A stretch of 64,000 nt of DNA, taken from NCBI GenBank assembly GCA_963674965.2, contig CAXXFL010000004.1:370221-434220 (forward strand). The letters are read 5' to 3'. A model generated the notes under the pieces. That model was not told where the DNA came from, made no database searches, and saw nothing but the letters and a program-made list of their open reading frames with translations. The position numbers and the translations under genes are program-made. Each line of letters begins with the position of its first letter. The first letter of the stretch is position 1. Below, piece by piece: positions 59,425 through 64,000 of the stretch. This DNA is from a bacterium (GTDB lineage Bacteria; RBG-13-61-14; DATKZS01).

Positions 59425-60849
59425 TTATCCCGCTTCCGGGGTCTGTCCAGCCGGCATGGGCGGAGGAATGGACGGACCGCCGATATTGGTCGAGGCCATG
59501 CGGGACCAGGTCTTGTCCTTGAATATGGCCTCCCAATCCAGCCTGGCCGTAAGATGCATAACCGCGGCCAGAGTCAATATAGCCCCTATGGTTATGGCAA
59601 GACCGGTATAACCCTCGAAGAAATGAGCGAAAGCGAAAAGTATCTGGAAGATGAACTGGCTTATACCGGCCTCGATGATGGCGAAGCGCGCTCCCACCGC
59701 CACCTTGAGGTAGCTCACCACCAGGAATATGGAAACGGCCGAACTGATGGCGAAAGCCCAATGAAGCGACAAATGATCGACCAGGTATCCGAAAAGCAGG
59801 TTAAAGGAGAAAAAGCTGGCCGCGAGGAAAAAGTAGTTCATGGGATGAATCTTGATGCCCTTGAGCACCTGAAGAAGGAAGATGACGAAGAAAAAGAACA
59901 CCAGCGACACGGGCGCGTGTCCGCTCATGGATGAGGCCAGGGGCCCCGGGTTAAGCCTCGTGGGCATGACCATGCCGATCTGGAAGGCGCTGACCAGGGA
60001 TTCCTTGTCCCACTCGAGCGTCCATCCGGCCCCGTCTTTTTTCTTGGTTTTTTTATCGGGACTGATGGAGTTCCTGGGGAAATCGACGTCGTCGAAGTTG
60101 GTGTTCATGGTCAATTTGAAGTTTTCCACCATCTCGGAGTTATCGCCGAAGCGGTAGGTCCATTGGTCCAGGCCCCGTGACTGGTACCTGAACTTCACCT
60201 TTTGTTTCGCCTGGGGCGGCAGGGTAAAGGTGGCGATCATGGGGTCGCCCGCGGAGTGGGTGTCCATGACGGCTCGATATTCAAGGTCCGAAACCCCCTG
60301 GGCCTCGATTTTTAAGTTGTCGTAAACGGCGGAGACGCTGGGAAAGGGAAAGACCATGGTCACCTTAGCCGGGTACTCGACGGGGTTTTCCAGTCCGTAA
60401 TCGGCGTTAAAGTCCACCTTGTAAGTGGCGAACCAAAGTAGCCCTTTTTGCCGATGTTCCAGGTCCAGGTCCACCTTGACGTCGCTGCTTTTCAGCGAGA
60501 CCTCGCGCTCGTGGGGTTCCTTGACGACCTTGAAGAATTCCTCTTCCGGCACCTCGACCCGGCGCGGCCTTCTCCTTTGCCTTTTGGCCTTGAGGTTTTC
60601 CTCCTCCTGTTTCTCGGCGATATAAGCGGCCTTTTCCTGCTCCGTCATCTCGGTCTTTTGCTCGACTTCCCACTCGATACGCGCCATGGGCGCGGCCTGG
60701 CCGTGAGGGGTCCCCCACAAGCCGCCCACCGCGTCGGTCATGGTCTCGCTTTTGTCATTAGTCCTGAAGTTCATTGCCGCCGCCAGGTAAAGCCAAGCGA
60801 CGCTTGTACAAATCACTATGAACGAAAGAGCTACAATCCTTTTAATCAT
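59425..60849 (-). CDS. Inner membrane protein CreD-like
   Basis: N-terminal TM, large periplasmic domain, IHPMNY followed by several TM helices ending TARLDW. Confidence 0.8.
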   Translation of the reverse strand: MIKRIVALSFIVICTSVAWLYLAAAMNFRTNDKSETMTDAVGGLWGTPHGQAAPMARIEWEVEQKTEMTEQEKAAYIAEKQEEENLKAKRQRRRPRRVEVPEEEFFKVVKEPHEREVSLKSSDVKVDLDLEHRQKGLLWFATYKVDFNADYGLENPVEYPAKVTMVFPFPSVSAVYDNLKIEAQGVSDLEYRAVMDTHSAGDPMIATFTLPPQAKQKVKFRYQSRGLDQWTYRFGDNSEMVENFKLTMNTNFDDVDFPRNSISPDKKTKKKDGAGWTLEWDKESLVSAFQIGMVMPTRLNPGPLASSMSGHAPVSLVFFFFVIFLLQVLKGIKIHPMNYFFLAASFFSFNLLFGYLVDHLSLHWAFAISSAVSIFLVVSYLKVAVGARFAIIEAGISQFIFQILFAFAHFFEGYTGLAITIGAILTLAAVMHLTARLDWEAIFKDKTWSRMASTNIGGPSIPPPMPAGQTPEAG

Positions 60850-60927
60850 TTTTTCCTCCCGCCTTTAAGTTTTGACTATTAGTGCATCGAGGGGTGGGAG
60901 CCGTGATGTCCGACAAAAGGAAAATGC

Positions 60928-60969
60928 GTGACATTATGTGGCGAAAATAAGGCGTGAAATTTATGTGAT
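60928..60969 (-). promoter_or_regulatory. cre-tag-like direct repeat
   Basis: Minus strand ATCAC-ATAAAT-TTCAC at 60969-60954 (1 mismatch to TTCAC-N6-TTCAC) plus a degenerate copy at 60942-60928. Confidence 0.6.
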
Positions 60970-61177
60970 TAATTTCAAAGGCTTGCAAACGTCATGAGCG
61001 CCGCCTTCTTCGCGGCGGCCAGGAGCCCGCCAGAATAAGGCGGCCCACGAAAGCAAAAAGGTTTTCGAGGGACCGCCCCGATCTCGGATTTACTAACCGA
61101 TTATTCATAAATCCCGCGGGGACAAGTAATACTATGCTGACGATCCCCTAATATAGCTCCCCTAAAATCCTGGGCGT

Positions 61178-61972
61178 ATGCGGAGCCAAGCGCAATTATC
61201 GGAGGATTGCATTATTGATGGATCGGCCGGGTCCGAGTCCGGAGCCGGTAATCCTTTTATGGCCGGCGGGAGAGCGGGTTTTAGAATTTTCCTTTTGTTC
61301 GGATTATCGGTTTATTACATATTTTTATATTTCTTGAATCGGCTGGCCTTGTGGAGACCGCCTCGAAAGAGCGTCTGGTATAGCCATCTTTGGGCGCGTT
61401 CCATCGAGCGTTTTCTTGGCCTGGAGGTGGAGGTTTCGGGCAAGGAGCCTCCTCCCGGCTCGCTGATCGTTTCCAATCACCGTTCTTACATTGACGTTAT
61501 TCCGGTCCTTGGCCGCGTTCCCTGTTCTTTTCTGGCCAAGGCCGAGGTCAGGTCTTGGCCGATAATAGGATACGGGGCTTCTCTCGCGGGCGTGGCGTTC
61601 GTGGACCGCTCGAGCGCCCGGAGCCGCCGGGCCTCGCTGGGCCGGATCGAACAAATCCTGGCCTCTGGAGTAAGCATGGCGATATATCCGGAGGGGACGA
61701 CCTCGGCCGGACCCGGGGTTTTGCCTTTTAAGAAGCGAGCGTTCGAGATCGCCGAGCGCTTCGGCTCCGGGGTGGCGCCCATGGCCGTGTCTTATGAAGA
61801 CCCCGCCTGCGCCTGGGTTGGCGAGGATTCCTTTATCAGGCATTTCCTGGAGATTTTCGGCAAGAAGAGAAACAAGGTCTTCGTCCGGTTCGGTCCCGTC
61901 CTGGAGGCGGGGGCCGAGGCGGACGTGGGGGAGGCCGCCCGGCGCTGGATAATCGAGGCGCTGGACGAGTGA
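61178..61972 (+). CDS. Lysophospholipid acyltransferase (PlsC-like)
   Basis: NHRSYID, FLAKAEVRSWP, YPEGTT; start uncertain. Confidence 0.9.
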   Translation: MRSQAQLSEDCIIDGSAGSESGAGNPFMAGGRAGFRIFLLFGLSVYYIFLYFLNRLALWRPPRKSVWYSHLWARSIERFLGLEVEVSGKEPPPGSLIVSNHRSYIDVIPVLGRVPCSFLAKAEVRSWPIIGYGASLAGVAFVDRSSARSRRASLGRIEQILASGVSMAIYPEGTTSAGPGVLPFKKRAFEIAERFGSGVAPMAVSYEDPACAWVGEDSFIRHFLEIFGKKRNKVFVRFGPVLEAGAEADVGEAARRWIIEALDE

Positions 61973-62095
61973 GGAGGTGGGCCGCGGCGCCGCCCGCCGC
62001 GAGTCCGTTAAACCGGTTTCAAAGATTTTGCCGCCAAGGTTTTCACATAATGGGAGCTTTAGCAAACGTGGATCGGCCAGCGGGAGGAAAATACT

Positions 62096-62911
62096 ATGAA
62101 CAAGAGCGGCTATAGAATTGAATATTTGTATCGTCCGGGGCTGAAGCGCTCCGAATCCGATCTCAAGCACTTGGTAAAAGAAATTCGCGAGGCGGCCTCG
62201 ACCTGCTTCGATGATCTTCCCGGCTACCAGGCGATGGCGGGAAGCCGCGAGGAAATGTCGGACAAGGTGATCGCCCTGGCCTGGAGACCGGACGGAAAAA
62301 TCGCGGGCTTCTGCTCCATGGTCGTGCTTCCCGTCCCCGGGGTGGGGGACGTTTTGCACACGGGCCTTACCTGCGTGCGCCCGGAGGACAGGAGCTCGGG
62401 CCTGACCCACGTCCTTGCCTCCCGCGCCACCGTCCAGTACCTGGCGCGGCAAAGCCCGGTGGGCCGGGTTTGGGTCAGCAACGTGGCCTGCGTGCTTTCG
62501 AGCCTGGGCAACGTGGCCATGCATTTCGATAACGTGTATCCGAGTCCGTATTTGAAACGCGGGCCCGGGGCCGTCCACTTTATGATCGCTCGCGCCATCG
62601 ACGAGCACTACAGGGACAAGATTTTCATCAGCCCCGAGGCGGAGTTCGATTACGAGAACTTCGTGTTCCGGCGCAGCGTCGAGGGGACCGTGTTTCAAAA
62701 GGACCGGGAAGACTCCCGCTACCATCACCGGGACAAGGTCCTGAACGATTATTACGCGTCGCTCATGGACTTCGGCCGGGGCGACGAGGTCTTGCAGGTG
62801 GCGTCGGTAAGTCTTCTTACCATCATGCGCCACGCCCGTAGCCGGGGGAAAGCGGCCAAGGGCAAAACCGCTCGGTTGATCGGCCGGGGAAAGGCGCGGC
62901 GAGTCGCCTGA
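62096..62911 (+). CDS. Hypothetical protein, possible GNAT-like fold
   Basis: GGAGG RBS; LTCVRPEDRSSGL resembles the GNAT acyl-CoA binding motif. Confidence 0.6.
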   Translation: MNKSGYRIEYLYRPGLKRSESDLKHLVKEIREAASTCFDDLPGYQAMAGSREEMSDKVIALAWRPDGKIAGFCSMVVLPVPGVGDVLHTGLTCVRPEDRSSGLTHVLASRATVQYLARQSPVGRVWVSNVACVLSSLGNVAMHFDNVYPSPYLKRGPGAVHFMIARAIDEHYRDKIFISPEAEFDYENFVFRRSVEGTVFQKDREDSRYHHRDKVLNDYYASLMDFGRGDEVLQVASVSLLTIMRHARSRGKAAKGKTARLIGRGKARRVA

Positions 62912-63272
62912 AGTCCTCTTTTATATAATAAGCCGAATCGTCATTAACGGGGGCCATGCCGCAAGCCTTGAAAGGGCCTGAGCAAAGCTCCCTTTGCTTC
63001 TGGTTCCCCTGAAAAATCCAAACGCGCCCGGGCCAACTTTGCCTCGATTTTATAATCGCGCCAGGGCAGTATCATCCCGCAAAATCCGACCGCGAGTAAA
63101 AGTTATCAAATACGCGCTTTGTTTTCGCGAGGGTGGTCATATGAAAAGCGCGCTACTGTAGATTGTCTTTTCTTGAGAAAAAATCGGGGCTTTTCTCGGC
63201 ATGACAGGACCCGTTTTTTTGGCTATAATAATCGAGTCCAATGGGGGACGCTAAGCATTGGGGGAAATTAAG

Positions 63273-63869
63273 ATGAGAGCAATTATTAGAGGAGGCGGGT
63301 CCGCGTGGCTCGCGGCCATTTTTTTAGTCATGTTTTCGCTGGTCCCGCTTGGATGCGACGAAGGCTCCGGCAGCAGCGAGGAGGCTGAGATATTCACGGG
63401 CATCGTCGAGGGGGAGAAGGTCGAGACCATTCGTCTGGGAGATACCTACGCCGAGTTGAAGGACCACTACGGCTCTCCGGACAAGTCGGAGGATTGTTTT
63501 TTCGACGGCGTGGACGGCGAGTGCGAGGCCCAGTGGACGACGCCCTTCAGGTTCAGCGTCTACCTTCGAGGTTACGACGCGGATTATGAATCCTATGAAG
63601 TGGTCTGGATCAAGTTGTTCAAGTCGGACCCCAACACATATCCGGGAGAGACGACGAAGGGAGTTGGCATCGACACCATAAGGGGCGTTATGCTCCAGCA
63701 ATACGCGAGCCCATTGGACTCCGGTTGCGACAATCCCGTGACCGAGTGTTATTACCACTATGATCATATTGGGATAGATTTTTACACCAATGAAAACGAC
63801 GACACGTCGCCCATCGACAGAATAGACGTATACGACGTATGGTCCACGTGGAGATCGGATTACCGATAA
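63273..63869 (+). CDS. Acidic putative lipoprotein
   Basis: Hydrophobic stretch ending PLGC; two similar halves, each with a Cys pair. Confidence 0.7.
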   Translation: MRAIIRGGGSAWLAAIFLVMFSLVPLGCDEGSGSSEEAEIFTGIVEGEKVETIRLGDTYAELKDHYGSPDKSEDCFFDGVDGECEAQWTTPFRFSVYLRGYDADYESYEVVWIKLFKSDPNTYPGETTKGVGIDTIRGVMLQQYASPLDSGCDNPVTECYYHYDHIGIDFYTNENDDTSPIDRIDVYDVWSTWRSDYR

Positions 63870-64000
63870 TTCCGGTATCGAGGTTTTGGCAAGGTATTGG
63901 CAATACTCTCCGATCATGAGGCTCTATTGCCTTTGCGAGAAGGCGGTTGCAAAAGAAAATCATTTAATCAAGTCACTTATTAAGGAGGAGTGGAAATGAC

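Overview
A GC-rich bacterial window whose gene content (Cys-rich ferredoxin-like proteins, this pilin type, OPX plus beta-barrel pair) suggests a deltaproteobacterial-type lineage; that assignment is inference. Bases 1-11.7 kb are a minus-strand polymorphic toxin array: four truncated Rhs core fragments (three with distinct AT-rich toxin tips, one running off the edge), two further toxin 3' remnants, several immunity-type genes and an IS3-family element. Five of the six module boundaries carry one short motif (GATCTGGGGACA-N3/4-TACTTA), either as a 130-180 bp inverted-repeat element or as a half-site, and toxin reading frames are cut at or very near these sites. This is the best candidate for an undescribed cassette-shuffling system. 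The rest holds metabolic genes, an RCC1-repeat gene with a type IV pilin, an internally deleted group IIC intron behind a terminator, a fibre-like adhesin, polysaccharide export genes, nadB, a DUF1998 helicase-exonuclease fusion, a signal-peptide-bearing metallothionein-like gene behind a Cys-rich exported ORF, and an envelope cluster (creD-amidase-creB-creC-alpha-2-macroglobulin-pbpC, with a cre-tag-like box, converging on an L,D-transpeptidase). No rRNA, tRNA or CRISPR array was recognised. All calls come from reading motifs by eye; no searches were run.
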